The position numbers and the translations under genes are program-made. This document shows positions 37,113 through 47,923 of a DNA stretch of 64,000 nucleotides, in pieces (position 1 is the stretch's first letter; each line of letters opens with the position of its first letter). This DNA is from an uncultured Planctomycetia bacterium (GTDB taxonomy: Bacteria; Omnitrophota; Gorgyraeia; 1-14-0-20-64-10): assembly GCA_964597545.1 (NCBI GenBank), contig CAZQXN010000001.1, forward strand, positions 133,655-197,654, read 5' to 3'. Under the pieces are notes generated by a model that searched no databases, had not been told where the DNA came from, and saw nothing but the letters and a program-made list of their open reading frames with translations.

Positions 37113-38005
37113 TAGGGCCATGCAATCTTCTCTGCCGGAAAGACCGGGCCCTCTGTGCATACGCGTTGAAAGCGTGCGTGCGATCCGGCCGGCTCATCTG
37201 CCATCTCCACCGTACATCCCCAGCAGCAGCCCATGCCGCATCCCATCCGTTCCTCCAGAGAGACCTGAGCGCTCACCCTTCGCTCTCTGGCCAGTGCTGC
37301 TGCGGCTCTCATCATCGGGGTGGGACCACAAATGTACAGTTGGGTTGACTGCCGATCACCATCCGCCGGCCGCAAGGCCTGCCGGAGCAGACCCACCACT
37401 GTGCCCCGGTGCCCCAACGTGCCGTCATCTGTCGCGATCTGAACCGAAACCCCAAGCTTGCTAAACTGCGCCGCCCCAATGACCCAGCCTTTGGTCTTAG
37501 CACCCAAGAAGGCAGTGACGCTTCGCCTGCCTCGGGCAAGCTGCTTGGCCAGCATGTAAAGGGGTGGAATGCCAACCCCTCCCCCGACAAGATACGCTGT
37601 TTTGGTGCCCGGCGGAACCGCAAAGGGCCGCCCCAGGGGACCCAAGAAGTCGATCTTGGACCCTGCCAATACGTGGGTAAGGGCTGTTGTGCCCATTCCC
37701 ACCACTTTGTAGACAAAATCAAGGGTCCCCTTCTTGGGATCGGCATCCAGCAGGCTGAAAGGCCTTCTCAGAAACGGGGCCGGTTCTGCTTTTGCGCTGG
37801 GGCACAGCACATGGATGAACTGTCCGGGCCGAGCCCGCTTGGCCGCCCGGGGTGACTTTAAGCGCACCCAGTAATGATTGCGAGCAATCTTGCGCTGGAG
37901 CAGGACCGGGGCCTTCTCCTGGATCATGCCGGACGGGAGTGTGCGCCCCGCCATCTCCTCAGACCCCCTCCAGATACGCCTTGGCGTATTTCTTGTAGAA
38001 GGCAA
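37112..38005 (-). CDS. pyrK: Dihydroorotate dehydrogenase electron-transfer subunit (FAD/NAD-binding, 2Fe-2S)
   Basis: Ferredoxin-reductase-like fold. C-terminal CGMGCCWGC cysteine cluster. Confidence 0.75.
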   Translation of the reverse strand: MPSTRNTPRRIWRGSEEMAGRTLPSGMIQEKAPVLLQRKIARNHYWVRLKSPRAAKRARPGQFIHVLCPSAKAEPAPFLRRPFSLLDADPKKGTLDFVYKVVGMGTTALTHVLAGSKIDFLGPLGRPFAVPPGTKTAYLVGGGVGIPPLYMLAKQLARGRRSVTAFLGAKTKGWVIGAAQFSKLGVSVQIATDDGTLGHRGTVVGLLRQALRPADGDRQSTQLYICGPTPMMRAAAALARERRVSAQVSLEERMGCGMGCCWGCTVEMADEPAGSHARFQRVCTEGPVFPAEKIAWP

Positions 38006-38984
38006 CCATCCGAGCTACCCCCTCCTCCAACCCAACACAGGCAGACCACCCGGTCGCGGCTTTGAGCTTCCCTGTATCGATGGTGAAATCCCCTGTCTCG
38101 ATCTGCTCGTAATCTTTGGGCCAGGGGGTATGGATGATTTTGCCCGAGCCCACCGCCTTGACCACCGCTTCCACCATCTCCCGGAAGGTGCGGGATTGGC
38201 CGTGACCGCAGTTTACAACCTCCCCGGTCGTCTGATCAGAGGCCAGGGCAGCCAAGATAGCGTCGGCAAGGTCGGTCGCATAGAGGTAATCCCTGCGCTG
38301 ACTGCCGTCACCAAAGATTGTAATCTCCTTGTCCTCCATGGCGCAGCGCATGAACCACCCGGGCAGGGAGTACTTGTTGTGTTTGATCTGCTGGCGCTCT
38401 CCGTAGGGGTTGGTCAGCCGCAGCACAACGGTCCGGATGCCATAATCCCGATGATAAAAGAGGTGGTATTTCTCTGTGGTCAACTTGTGGATGCCATACA
38501 GGGTCAAGGGATTGGTGGGGTGCTCCTCGGTAACGGGGTTATGCAGGATCTTGCCCAGCACCATCCGGGAGCTGGCAAAAAGCACCTTCGCATCGGCATT
38601 GTATTTTCGGCAGGCCTCCAACACCACCAAGGGCCCCCGGCAGTTAACATCCAAGTCTTCAAAGGGGATCTTGCCGCTGTCGATATAGCTGATCTGTCCG
38701 GTGAGGTTGATGATGAAGTCCTGCCCGACCACCAGATCTTTTACGAGCGCCTCATCTCGGATGTCTCCTCGCACCACGCGCAGGGTGTGTTGGAATGGGG
38801 CGACATTGGCGGGGTTGCCTCCATACCGGGGATCCAGGGAGTCCAGCACTGTGATGGCGGCATTGAGCCCGGCCAGGCGCGCAATGACATTGCTGCCGAC
38901 AAAACCTAACCCCCCGAGGATCAAGAGCTTCTTGCCCCGGAAATGGTCTTGAGGAAATTGCGGGGTATCGTGCGCCGCGGTCAT
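37959..38984 (-). CDS. NAD-dependent epimerase/dehydratase (extended SDR) inserted in the pyr operon
   Basis: [16 protein letters not shown] matches the GxxGxxG motif. A YxxxK motif follows. The ATG at 38984 overlaps the carB2 TGA stop in an ATGA arrangement. The low-complexity N-terminal extension in the track is rejected. Confidence 0.6.
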   Translation of the reverse strand: MTAAHDTPQFPQDHFRGKKLLILGGLGFVGSNVIARLAGLNAAITVLDSLDPRYGGNPANVAPFQHTLRVVRGDIRDEALVKDLVVGQDFIINLTGQISYIDSGKIPFEDLDVNCRGPLVVLEACRKYNADAKVLFASSRMVLGKILHNPVTEEHPTNPLTLYGIHKLTTEKYHLFYHRDYGIRTVVLRLTNPYGERQQIKHNKYSLPGWFMRCAMEDKEITIFGDGSQRRDYLYATDLADAILAALASDQTTGEVVNCGHGQSRTFREMVEAVVKAVGSGKIIHTPWPKDYEQIETGDFTIDTGKLKAATGWSACVGLEEGVARMVAFYKKYAKAYLEGV

Positions 38985-41900
38985 TTGTGGGCCGCCGCCC
39001 GGCGCCGGGGCTTGCGGGGCCGGCTGCTGCTTATTTTGATCTTCTTGTGCCACTCCTGTACGGAGCAAACCTCAAACCCCTTGGAGCGCAGCGCGTAAAT
39101 CCCTGCGGCTAAGGCATCCGCTCCGGGGATCGTAGTGACACAGGGAATTCCTCGGGAAACCGCCAGGGAGCGGATCCGGGTTTCATCGACCTTGGTAGCC
39201 TTGCCGGAGGGGGTATTGATGATCAGATCCACCTTTTCATCCCTTAGGAAATCCAGCACGTGCGGCCGTCCTTCATAGATCTTCTTTACCACTTGGGTCT
39301 CCACATGGTGCCGCTTTAAGTAATCGGCAGTCCCCTGTGTCGTCACAATCTTAAAACCCATCGTCACCAACTGCCGGGTAAATCCCGCGATGAGCGGTTT
39401 ATCCTGATCTTTGACGCTCAAAAAGACCGTCCCGGATAAAGGCACCTGCTGATAAGCGGCCATCTGCGACTTGGCAAAGGCCAATCCGAAGCTGGCATCA
39501 ATGCCCATGACCTCGCCGGTGGAACGCATCTCAGGCCCTAAGATGATATCAACACCAAAGAAGCGGGAAAAAGGAAAAACCGATTCCTTAACAGCGGTAA
39601 AGGGCGGGGTAATCTCCTTTGTCGCCCCCTGCCCGGCCAAGGTATCCCCTGCCATGATCTTGGTGGCAATCTTGACCATCGGCATGCCGATGGCCTTGGC
39701 AATAAAGGGAACCGTTCGGGAAGCCCGAGGGTTGACCTCAAGAACATACACCTCGGCCCCCTTGACCGCAAACTGGATGTTCATCAGCCCCCGGACATTG
39801 AGCTCCTGGGCCAAGCGGCGGCTGGCTGCCCGAATCTCCTCCACCACCTTGGGTGCTAAGGTGTGGGGCGGCAGGGCCATCGCCGCATCTCCTGAGTGTA
39901 CACCCGCGGCTTCGACATGTTCCAAAATTCCACCTACCAGAGAAGTTTTCCCGTCTGCAATCATGTCGACATCCACCTCGACGGCATCCTCCAGGAACTT
40001 GTCCACCAAGACCGGGCGCTCCGGAGGGGCCTGGACCGCCGATGCCATGTAGGCGCGCAAATCGGTCTCGTCGTAGACAATCTCCATGGCCCGCCCACCC
40101 AACACATAGGAGGGGCGCACCAGGACCGGGTAGGTGAGCTGCTTGGCAATTTCTAGGGCCTCGCCCGGAGTCCGGGCAGTTCCGTTGGGGGGCTGCTTGA
40201 GCTTGAGGCGATGGATCATCTCGCTGAACTTCTCCCGGTCCTCGGCCCGGTCAATCTCCTCTGGGGCGGTTCCGATGATGGGGACCCCGGCTTGGCTTAA
40301 CGCCAGGGCGAGGTTGAGGGGGGTTTGACCCCCAAGCTGAACAATGACCCCGGCCGGTCGCTCAGCCTCAACAATGTTGAGGACATCCTCCAGGGTCAAC
40401 GGTTCGAAGTAGAGGTCATCAGCGGTATCGTAATCGGTGGAAACCGTTTCAGGGTTGGAGTTGACCATGATGGTGCGATAGCCGGCCTCCCTCAAGGCAA
40501 AGACTGCCCGGACACAGCAGTAGTCAAATTCAATCCCCTGTCCGATCCGGTTGGGGCCGCCGCCTAAGATCATGATCTTCTTCTGGGCTTGAGCGTCACG
40601 CGGTGTGGGGGCTGTACGCTCAGGAGTCGCTGCGCTTTCGAGGGCAGCCGCCACCGCTGGGCGCTCATAGGTCGAGTAGTAATAGGGGGTAAAAGCTGCG
40701 AACTCCGCAGCGCAGGTATCCACCATATAGAAGAAGGGCCGGATGTTGTGCTGAAGCCTCAAGGCCCGGATCTCCATCTCAGACTCACCCCAGAGAAAAC
40801 CCAGCTGCCGATCACTGAAGCCGTATTGCTTGGCCGTCCATATCAACTCCGGGGTGGGCTTGGCCCCCTGGAGCTGGCGTTCCATCTCCACAATCTGCCG
40901 AATCTCCCGGATGAACCAGGGGTCGATTTGGGTGAGCGCAGTCAACGTTTCGTCCGAAAAACCATCCAGCATGGCTTGTCGGATTCGAAAAATTCGTTCT
41001 GCATGAGGGATGCGGAGCCTCTCTTTGAGCGCCTCAGCCCCTAGCGGTGAGGACTCCTTCCCCCCTGCCCCCAACCCGAAGTGACCGGTCTCTAAGGACC
41101 GTAACCCTTTCTGCAGCGCTTCCTTAAAGGTCCTGCCAATGGCCATGGCCTCTCCAACCGACTTCATCTGGACCGTTAGGGTGGGATCCGCCGCTGGAAA
41201 CTTCTCAAAGGCAAAACGCGGAATCTTGACAACACAGTAATCCAGGGTGGGTTCAAAAGAGGCTGGGGTCTGACGCGTGATATCGTTGGGAAGCTCATCT
41301 AGGGTGTAGCCCACTGCAAGCTTGGCCGCAATCTTGGCAATGGGAAAACCGGTTGCCTTGGAGGCCAGGGCTGAGGAGCGCGAGACCCTTGGGTTCATCT
41401 CGATCACCACGCGGCGCCCGGTTGCAGGGTCCACCGCAAACTGAATGTTGGAACCCCCGGTCTCAACCCCGATCGCCCGAATGCAGGTAATGGCTTCATT
41501 GCGCATCGCCTGATATTCCTTGTCGGTCAAGGTCTGGGCCGGGGCCACGGTGATGGAGTCGCCGGTGTGCACCCCCATGGGGTCCAAGTTCTCAATCGAG
41601 CAGATGATCACGACGTTGTCGTTCTTATCCCGCATGACCTCCAACTCAAATTCTTTCCACCCCGCTACCGATTCTTCAATGAGCACTTCAGAGACCATGC
41701 TCAGGCTCAACCCCGCCTCGGTCGTGGCCTGAAACTCTTCCCAGTTGTAGGCTATGCCTCCGCCGGTTCCGCCCAAGGTGTAGGCCGGCCGGATCACCAC
41801 CGGTAAACCGATGGCTTCAGCCACTACCTTGGCCTCCTGCAGAGTGTGGGCAACACCGCTGCGAGGTACATCCAACCCGGCCTCCTGCATGGCCCGCTTA

Positions 41901-42295
41901 AAATCGTCACGATCCTCAGCCTTCTGAATGGCCTGCTGGTCGGCGCCGATCATCTCTACGTTGTAGCGCTTGAGCGCCCCACTCTGGGCTAACTGCATGG
42001 CGACATTTAAGCCGGTTTGTCCGCCCAGGGTAGGCAGCAGGGCATCCGGGCGCTCCCGAGCGATGACCTTCTCGATCGCTTCAGGGGTAATGGGTTCAAT
42101 GTAGGTTCGATCCGCAAATTCCGGATCGGTCATGATGGTGGCGGGGTTGGAGTTGACCAGAACCACCGAATAGCCCTCTTCTCTCAAAGCCTTGCAGGCT
42201 TGCGTCCCGGAATAGTCGAACTCGCAGGCTTGGGAGATGATGATCGGACCCGAGCCGATGATCAGAATCTTTTTGAGGTCAGTCCGCTTGGGAAT
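38981..42295 (-). CDS. carB: Carbamoyl-phosphate synthase large subunit (paralog 2, pyrimidine-operon copy) with non-canonical start
   Basis: Full-length CarB (...[37 protein letters not shown]...). An in-frame TAA at 42320..42322 lies 9 codons upstream of the conserved PKRTD. No ATG/GTG/TTG occurs between them. The only candidate start is ATT at 42295 with GGAGA 7 nt upstream. The track starts at an internal TTG at 42187. Confidence 0.8.
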   Translation of the reverse strand: MPKRTDLKKILIIGSGPIIISQACEFDYSGTQACKALREEGYSVVLVNSNPATIMTDPEFADRTYIEPITPEAIEKVIARERPDALLPTLGGQTGLNVAMQLAQSGALKRYNVEMIGADQQAIQKAEDRDDFKRAMQEAGLDVPRSGVAHTLQEAKVVAEAIGLPVVIRPAYTLGGTGGGIAYNWEEFQATTEAGLSLSMVSEVLIEESVAGWKEFELEVMRDKNDNVVIICSIENLDPMGVHTGDSITVAPAQTLTDKEYQAMRNEAITCIRAIGVETGGSNIQFAVDPATGRRVVIEMNPRVSRSSALASKATGFPIAKIAAKLAVGYTLDELPNDITRQTPASFEPTLDYCVVKIPRFAFEKFPAADPTLTVQMKSVGEAMAIGRTFKEALQKGLRSLETGHFGLGAGGKESSPLGAEALKERLRIPHAERIFRIRQAMLDGFSDETLTALTQIDPWFIREIRQIVEMERQLQGAKPTPELIWTAKQYGFSDRQLGFLWGESEMEIRALRLQHNIRPFFYMVDTCAAEFAAFTPYYYSTYERPAVAAALESAATPERTAPTPRDAQAQKKIMILGGGPNRIGQGIEFDYCCVRAVFALREAGYRTIMVNSNPETVSTDYDTADDLYFEPLTLEDVLNIVEAERPAGVIVQLGGQTPLNLALALSQAGVPIIGTAPEEIDRAEDREKFSEMIHRLKLKQPPNGTARTPGEALEIAKQLTYPVLVRPSYVLGGRAMEIVYDETDLRAYMASAVQAPPERPVLVDKFLEDAVEVDVDMIADGKTSLVGGILEHVEAAGVHSGDAAMALPPHTLAPKVVEEIRAASRRLAQELNVRGLMNIQFAVKGAEVYVLEVNPRASRTVPFIAKAIGMPMVKIATKIMAGDTLAGQGATKEITPPFTAVKESVFPFSRFFGVDIILGPEMRSTGEVMGIDASFGLAFAKSQMAAYQQVPLSGTVFLSVKDQDKPLIAGFTRQLVTMGFKIVTTQGTADYLKRHHVETQVVKKIYEGRPHVLDFLRDEKVDLIINTPSGKATKVDETRIRSLAVSRGIPCVTTIPGADALAAGIYALRSKGFEVCSVQEWHKKIKISSSRPRKPRRRAAAHK

Positions 42296-43013
42296 GGTCT
42301 GGTCTCCGCATGGCCGGGCTTACCGGCAGATCAAACTCCAACACCGGCATGGTATGAAATTTTCCCTGGCCTGCCCGGTAGGTGGCAAAGAGGGGTGCAA
42401 AGGTCTGCCAGGCCGACTCGCTCCGGGTCAGGCGGGCCCGAGCAGTAATGATCCAATTGGTCCCTGTCTGCACAATGGCCAGTGCGATCTCCTCTGCGAA
42501 TAGCCGCTCCGGAGGCGAGCCTTCGGGCAGTGTGAGGCGCAGCTCCTTGCTGTACAGAAACCAGGGGCCGCTGGCATCGGGCGCCTGGTCAGGCTTCTCC
42601 TCTGTCTGAGTCCATCCTGCGGTGTGCAGCTTGACGCCGACCGGCAGTCGAAGCAGCAGGTGCAGTTGGGCGTCCGGCTCCTCTGACGGCTCCCACTGTT
42701 CTGGGACGCTTTCTACCACAAGCTTGACCAAAGCGACCTCTCCGGGTTCCAGCTTCCGCTCCGGCGCCTCAAAGCGCACTCGGATGGGCGATGGGGCTGT
42801 CTCAACCGTCGGAGCCGGAGAGGGTGTCTCAGCCGACATCTCTTGGGCCGGTGCCGGCTGCGTAGCCGGTCTGGCCCGCCGGGCACCAAACTCAAGGGGT
42901 TCAAGAACCGCCTCTTCCTGTGGCTCGGGCAACGGGGTCGAGGCATGCCGCAACACCACCACCGCAGCGATCACTCCCACAGTCAGCAAAATGCCGATTG
43001 CGATCTTCTTCAT
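42279..43013 (-). CDS. Hypothetical membrane-anchored Pro-rich protein between carA and carB2
   Basis: N-terminal TM ([17 protein letters not shown]), Pro/Glu-rich linker, then ~150-aa domain. No recognisable family. Confidence 0.35.
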   Translation of the reverse strand: MKKIAIGILLTVGVIAAVVVLRHASTPLPEPQEEAVLEPLEFGARRARPATQPAPAQEMSAETPSPAPTVETAPSPIRVRFEAPERKLEPGEVALVKLVVESVPEQWEPSEEPDAQLHLLLRLPVGVKLHTAGWTQTEEKPDQAPDASGPWFLYSKELRLTLPEGSPPERLFAEEIALAIVQTGTNWIITARARLTRSESAWQTFAPLFATYRAGQGKFHTMPVLEFDLPVSPAMRRPDHSQAD

Positions 43014-44137
43014 TGCCTCTTGCCCTCCTGCATGAGCTTTACAAAACGGTCAAACAGATACTGGGAATCGTGCGGACCCGGGGAAGCCTCAGGGTGATAT
43101 TGAACCGAAAAAAGGGGAAGTTTTTTGTGCCGGATCCCCTCGCAGGTTTTGTCATTGAGGTTGATGTGCGTCATCTCCACATCCCTTCCGGGAATGGAGT
43201 CAGGGCGCACACAAAAACCGTGGTTCTGTGCGGTAATCTCCACTTTGCGGGTGCCCAGATCCATGACTGGGTGGTTGGCCCCGTGATGCCCGAACTTCAG
43301 CTTAAAGGTCTTACCCCCCAGGGCCAATCCCAGTACCTGGTGGCCCAGACAAATACCAAAGATCGGAATTTTACCGATGCACTCCCGCACGGTGGAGATT
43401 AAGTACGGCACCCCTTCGGGGTCACCCGGACCATTGGAGAGGAACAGCCCGTCTGGTTTGAGTGCCAAGATCTCTTGCGTTGAGGCTGTTGCCGGAGCCA
43501 CCGTCACTCGACAGCCCTTTTGGGTCATCATGCGGGGGATGTGGTCTTTCATGCCGCAGTCGATCGCCACCACGCGGGGTCTGACCTCTTTTTTGAGGTG
43601 AAAGGGGTCTGACCCCTTTGGGGTTTTCTCTGACCACTCGTAAACTTGCTGGCAGGTGACCTCCTTAACCAAATCCCGGCCCACCAGTCCAGGCAAAGCT
43701 TGGGCCTTCTGCACCAACCGCTTGGCATCGCCATCCTCTGTGGAGAGCACCCCCTTGAGAGCCCCTTTCTCTCTCAAGAGAAGGGTGAGCCTCCGGGTGT
43801 CGATCCCCTGAATGGCAACTGTCCCCTGATGGCTCAGCCACTCCTCCAAGGCCCCCTCTTGCTGCCAGTTGGAGGCAATCGGGCTTAAGGCGCGCACAGC
43901 AAATCCCTCTGCTTGTGGCTTTGCCGACTCTGTGTCGCTAGAATTGATCCCATAATTGCCGATAAGAGGATAGGTCATCACCACGATCTGCCCGCGGTAA
44001 GAAGGGTCGGTTAAGATTTCCTGGTAGCCGGTCATGGCGGTGTTAAAGATCACCTCCCCGGACACCTCGCCCGAGGCGCCAAACCCCTCGCCGCAGAAGA
44101 CGGTTCCATCCTCCAGGGCCAGCATTGTTTTCTTCAT
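43010..44137 (-). CDS. carA: Carbamoyl-phosphate synthase small subunit (glutamine amidotransferase)
   Basis: MKKTMLALEDGTVFCGEGFGASGEVSGEVIFNTAMTGYQEILTDPSY. GATase triad region. The start is taken at the ATG at 44137 by N-terminal homology. The GTG at 44161 is rejected. Confidence 0.85.
   Translation of the reverse strand: MKKTMLALEDGTVFCGEGFGASGEVSGEVIFNTAMTGYQEILTDPSYRGQIVVMTYPLIGNYGINSSDTESAKPQAEGFAVRALSPIASNWQQEGALEEWLSHQGTVAIQGIDTRRLTLLLREKGALKGVLSTEDGDAKRLVQKAQALPGLVGRDLVKEVTCQQVYEWSEKTPKGSDPFHLKKEVRPRVVAIDCGMKDHIPRMMTQKGCRVTVAPATASTQEILALKPDGLFLSNGPGDPEGVPYLISTVRECIGKIPIFGICLGHQVLGLALGGKTFKLKFGHHGANHPVMDLGTRKVEITAQNHGFCVRPDSIPGRDVEMTHINLNDKTCEGIRHKKLPLFSVQYHPEASPGPHDSQYLFDRFVKLMQEGKRQ
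43576..43619. repeat. Two copies (one diverged) of the AAAGGGGTCTGACCCCTTT palindromic element inside the carA coding region
   Basis: GGGGTCTGACCTC at 43576..43588 and the exact 19-mer at 43601..43619. Both are in frame, encoding ...PKGSDPFHLKKEVRPR... in the CarA inter-domain linker. Confidence 0.65.
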
Positions 44138-44138
44138 A

Positions 44139-44278
44139 GGGGACGGTCCATTTTGGGACACACCAGGAGCTGAGATGTCCTCTGTCGAGTAAAACCCGCT
44201 ATTGATCCAAGCATCATTCTGTCTATCCCGCCATGTTTACCAGAAACGGCCTGGTGTGTCCCAAAATGGACCGTCCCC
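44139..44278. repeat. Perfect 29-bp inverted repeat (GGGGACGGTCCATTTTGGGACACACCAGG ... reverse complement) with 82-bp spacer, abutting the carA start codon
   Basis: Arms at 44139..44167 and 44250..44278 are exact reverse complements. On the mRNA strand the distal arm ends 1 nt before the carA AUG. Confidence 0.7.
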
Positions 44279-44287
44279 TTTAGAACT

Positions 44288-45535
44288 TTAGAAGAGGGTC
44301 AGCTGTTTTTCCTTTTCCGGCGCCCCCGATTCCTTTCCCTTGAACTTGAAGATGTTAACCTCGCCATACTCCCCGTCGTAGCCGGGCAAAATCTCCACCT
44401 CCCCCTTGCGCACCCGAAGGATCCCTTCAGCCAGCTTCTGGGGAAGCTGTTTGCGCAGCTCCTCGGCCGGCAAATCGATTAGGATCTCAAACTCGGTGCC
44501 GACCCGCCCAACCAAATCCAGATATTCCTGCTGCACCCTTTTGGACTGTACCCCTACCTCGCGCGCCTCAGAGATGATCTGATCCAGCGGCACCATGCGC
44601 TTAAAGGGGATTGCCCCTTCCGGGGTCTGTCCTGCGGGGCGGTCGGCCAAAGCCTGCACCCGGTTCATGACTCCGACGGTGATCTTCTTACCGCAGGCCG
44701 GGCATCGAGTGCCCTGCCGGGCCGTCTCCTCGGGTGAAACCCGAACCTTGCAGGGGCGGTGGCCGTCAAAGTGATACTTCCCCTCTTCAGGGAAGAACTC
44801 CACCGTATACAGGAAGCGCTTGGCATCCTTGGTCTTCAAGATCTTTGCGACCTCGCGGTACTCCATCTTGCAGTCAAAGACGTTGGCCTCCCGACCGATG
44901 CGGCTGACGGAATGAGAGTCTGAATTGGAGATGAGCGTATAGCGGTCAAGGCCGCTCAAGCGCCAATTCATCTCAGGGTCTGAGGAAAGCCCGGTCTCTA
45001 AGCAGTGGATCTCGCGCGCCTGGTCTCCGAAACACTCTTCTACCGTGTCAAAGCCTGAGTAAGAGCCGAAGATGGAGAACCATGGCGTCCAGGCATGAGC
45101 AGGCACAATGAGGATTTCGCTGGAGATGTCCAAAACGAGCTTCACCATGTCCCGAGCAGAGAGGCGCAGGAGCGGCCGTCCATCTGAGTTTAAGTCACCG
45201 TAGCGGGCCAGCTGCTTGTTAGCCGCCTCGGCAATCTCTAGGCTCGGGAAGATGAGGACCGTATGGATACGCTTGTTCTTTCCGCCGACCAAGAATTGGT
45301 TGTTCACCTCGGCGGTCGGTACAAAATGCACCCCGCAGTACTCATAGAAACCACCCGGGGTGACTTTGAGTTTGGTTTTAAGCTCCAGCATCCAGAGGGG
45401 ATGCGTACAGTCTCCGGTTCCAAGCAAATGGACCCCTTTGTACCGGGCCCACTGGGCCAACAGGTCCAGATCCAGCCGGGTACTGGTGGCGCGCGAGTAC
45501 CTGGAGTGCAGGTGAAAATCGGCAACGAGTCTCAT
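44288..45535 (-). CDS. PHP-domain protein, endonuclease Q-like (TIGR00375-type)
   Basis: N-terminal DFHLHSRYSRATS...LLGTGDCTHP is the PHP metal-binding motif. C-terminal zinc-finger CPACGKKI. Confidence 0.5.
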   Translation of the reverse strand: MRLVADFHLHSRYSRATSTRLDLDLLAQWARYKGVHLLGTGDCTHPLWMLELKTKLKVTPGGFYEYCGVHFVPTAEVNNQFLVGGKNKRIHTVLIFPSLEIAEAANKQLARYGDLNSDGRPLLRLSARDMVKLVLDISSEILIVPAHAWTPWFSIFGSYSGFDTVEECFGDQAREIHCLETGLSSDPEMNWRLSGLDRYTLISNSDSHSVSRIGREANVFDCKMEYREVAKILKTKDAKRFLYTVEFFPEEGKYHFDGHRPCKVRVSPEETARQGTRCPACGKKITVGVMNRVQALADRPAGQTPEGAIPFKRMVPLDQIISEAREVGVQSKRVQQEYLDLVGRVGTEFEILIDLPAEELRKQLPQKLAEGILRVRKGEVEILPGYDGEYGEVNIFKFKGKESGAPEKEKQLTLF

Positions 45536-45602
45536 CTCAAGCCTCCGTGGGAACTTCTAGGGGCAGAATGGCCTGTCTGCAGACCGCTTTAAAAATCTTA
45601 GC

Positions 45603-45914
45603 TTACGGCCAGGTCAGGAAATCGAGGAGCTCGGTGGTGTGTGACGCCGGGTCCTCGGATGCCGGCGACCGGGACGGCCGGGCAAGGTATCGAGCGATGG
45701 AGCGCACCCGCTTCTTGGCCAGCCGGCCGTGCCGAGTTCCAGGAAAGGTTTCGGCCAGCAGGCTGTAGAAGTGATAGGCGATTTCCATCTGCTGCTTTGA
45801 CAGAGCGACGTCTGCCTGGTGCTGCAACTTCCGGGCCTCGTGGATCCCCTCCGTTGAGGCGCCGCTTCCCATCAGCAAGACGCTTAACAGCAATCCCAGC
45901 ATCAGCAAGCGCAT
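45603..45914 (-). CDS. Hypothetical small secreted protein
   Basis: Signal-peptide-like N-terminus MRLLMLGLLLSVLLMGSGAS. No family assignment. Confidence 0.3.
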   Translation of the reverse strand: MRLLMLGLLLSVLLMGSGASTEGIHEARKLQHQADVALSKQQMEIAYHFYSLLAETFPGTRHGRLAKKRVRSIARYLARPSRSPASEDPASHTTELLDFLTWP

Positions 45915-45929
45915 GGCTTCTCCTTTATC

Positions 45930-46619
45930 TCACTCTCTGAACGTAAGCTCTTCCACTATGACCCCGTCCGGCACAGTAAAGACAAAGGACTCAGGAGGGA
46001 TCGGGGCATTCACTTCGATATCGTAAAATCGATGGATCAAAATCTCTTTGTCCTCTGAGGTCAGCAGTGCGGTGCGACGCGTTAAACCATCCCCCTCTGC
46101 CACATCAACCCGAACGGTCTTGATCTTAACTGGGGCGGTTTCGTTCACCGCATCGAGCGGATCGGCCTCAAAACGCAGGAGGGTCTGACCTTCAGCCTCA
46201 ATCCGTTCGATAAACCGAAGGGTATCTAATTGAAGATCCGCAAAGGGCTGGTGCGGCCCAGGGGGGAGCGGTGGATTGGTGATTTTGTAAATGGTGTTGT
46301 CTTCAATCCCATGCTGCCACTCTACCTTGCCGTCGTCCACCAACAGCTGGCTGTTCTCGACCTCGCCTGCATATCGGATCTCCAGGCGCCTGAGGTTAGG
46401 CCGTTGGTAAAAGAGCTTCCCCTCCAGCTCGATGGGCTCCTCCCCCTCCTCCTTGACCTCCAGAGAGAATCGAGCTTTGTAGCTCGTGAGGGCATCGACC
46501 TTGGCTTGAAGTGCCTCGGCCTCCTCTGGAAGGGCTGGGCTTTGAGCCCAGGCAGCAAGGGCAACGCCCATAACCAGCAACACCACACACAATGTCCTAT
46601 AAGCCAGATCGCGCTTCAT
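45930..46619 (-). CDS. LolA-like (outer-membrane lipoprotein carrier fold) secreted protein
   Basis: Start at [10 protein letters not shown] with a signal peptide, directly abutting the pyrC stop. beta-rich LolA/LppX-like pattern. The long N-terminal extension in the track is rejected. Confidence 0.4.
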   Translation of the reverse strand: MKRDLAYRTLCVVLLVMGVALAAWAQSPALPEEAEALQAKVDALTSYKARFSLEVKEEGEEPIELEGKLFYQRPNLRRLEIRYAGEVENSQLLVDDGKVEWQHGIEDNTIYKITNPPLPPGPHQPFADLQLDTLRFIERIEAEGQTLLRFEADPLDAVNETAPVKIKTVRVDVAEGDGLTRRTALLTSEDKEILIHRFYDIEVNAPIPPESFVFTVPDGVIVEELTFRE

Positions 46620-47923
46620 GTCACCACCCCTTCCATGAGCCGGCCGCCACTGACCCTCTGCCTGCCGGCCACCAACACCTCTGTCACTTGCCCTTTCATG
46701 CGCCAGCCCAAGAAGGGAGAGTTGGTGCCCCTTGAAGCAAAGTTGCCGGCCTCCACTGTCCAATCTGCCTTGGGGTCAAAAACCGCTATATCTGCAACAG
46801 CGCCCGCGTTGAGTGTCCCCCGGTCGATGCCGAGCAGCTCGGCCGGCCGCGCGGCAAGCGCCTCAACCATCCTGGAAAGGGTAAGCTGCTTGCGATGCAC
46901 CAACTCCGTCAAGAGCGCCCCGAGGGCGGTCTCCAGCCCCATCGCTCCGAACGGGGCATGGGACAACCCCAACTCTTTTTCTGCCTGCGCATGCGGCGCA
47001 TGGTCGGTGGCCACCACATCCAAGGTGCCGTCGGCCAATCCCCTGCGCAGGGCTTCTTGATCCTTCTGGGACCTCAGCGGCGGCTTCATCTTAAAGCGGG
47101 CATCATAGGTGCTCAGCGCCTCTTCGGTCAGGGTTAGGTGGTGCGGAGTCACCTCGGCTGTGACCTGAACTCCTCTGGCCTTGGCGGCGCGAATCATTTC
47201 GACACCGGCTGCGGTGCTCACATGCGCAATGCGAAGCTTTCCGCCGACGGCCTCTGCCAGAAGGATGTCTCGCGCAATCATGATGGTCTCAGATTCAGCG
47301 GGGATGCCAACCAACCCTAAGCGCGTGGACGTCACCCCCTCATGCACCACCCCCTGACCGGAGAGGGTATGGTCTTCGCAGTGATCGATGATGGCAAGGC
47401 CTGTCATCCGGCTGTACTCCAGTGCCCGCCGCATCAGCCCCGCATTTTGAACCGGCATCCCGTCATCAGAAAAACCGACCGCCCCAGCCGCCTGGAGCTC
47501 TGACATCTGAGTTAGGGTCTCTCCCTGCAGTCCCATGGTCACCGCCGCAATCGGCAGCACCTGGATAAGTCCCACCTTGGTTGATTCATTTCTGACGTAT
47601 TCCACCACCGTTGCCGAGTCCACCACCGGATCGGTGTTGGCCATGGTGCAGACCGTGGTGAAACCCCCTTGAAGGGCAGCCAGGGATCCGGTTTGAATGG
47701 TCTCTTTGTGCTCTTGGCCTGGAGAGCGAAAGTGCACGTGCAAATCAATGAAGCCGGGGCTGACCACCTTGCCCTTGGCATCTAAGATCTCGGCGCCGTT
47801 GGCCTTTAGATTTTTGCCGACCTTGGAGACCTTGCCCTTCTCAATGAGCAGGTCGGTTGTTTCATCGACCCCTTGCGCCGGATCGATGAGGCGGCCCCCT
47901 TTGATCAACAACGACTTGCTCAT
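46616..47923 (-). CDS. pyrC: Dihydroorotase
   Basis: [10 protein letters not shown]...[15 protein letters not shown]...metal-binding His/Asp pattern of amidohydrolases. Confidence 0.85.
   Translation of the reverse strand: MSKSLLIKGGRLIDPAQGVDETTDLLIEKGKVSKVGKNLKANGAEILDAKGKVVSPGFIDLHVHFRSPGQEHKETIQTGSLAALQGGFTTVCTMANTDPVVDSATVVEYVRNESTKVGLIQVLPIAAVTMGLQGETLTQMSELQAAGAVGFSDDGMPVQNAGLMRRALEYSRMTGLAIIDHCEDHTLSGQGVVHEGVTSTRLGLVGIPAESETIMIARDILLAEAVGGKLRIAHVSTAAGVEMIRAAKARGVQVTAEVTPHHLTLTEEALSTYDARFKMKPPLRSQKDQEALRRGLADGTLDVVATDHAPHAQAEKELGLSHAPFGAMGLETALGALLTELVHRKQLTLSRMVEALAARPAELLGIDRGTLNAGAVADIAVFDPKADWTVEAGNFASRGTNSPFLGWRMKGQVTEVLVAGRQRVSGGRLMEGVVT

Noticed and set aside
44138-44161. GTG start at 44161 for carA (MSQNGPSP extension)
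   Set aside because: N-terminal homology places the start at MKKTMLALEDG (ATG 44137). The extension would be encoded by the inverted-repeat arm.
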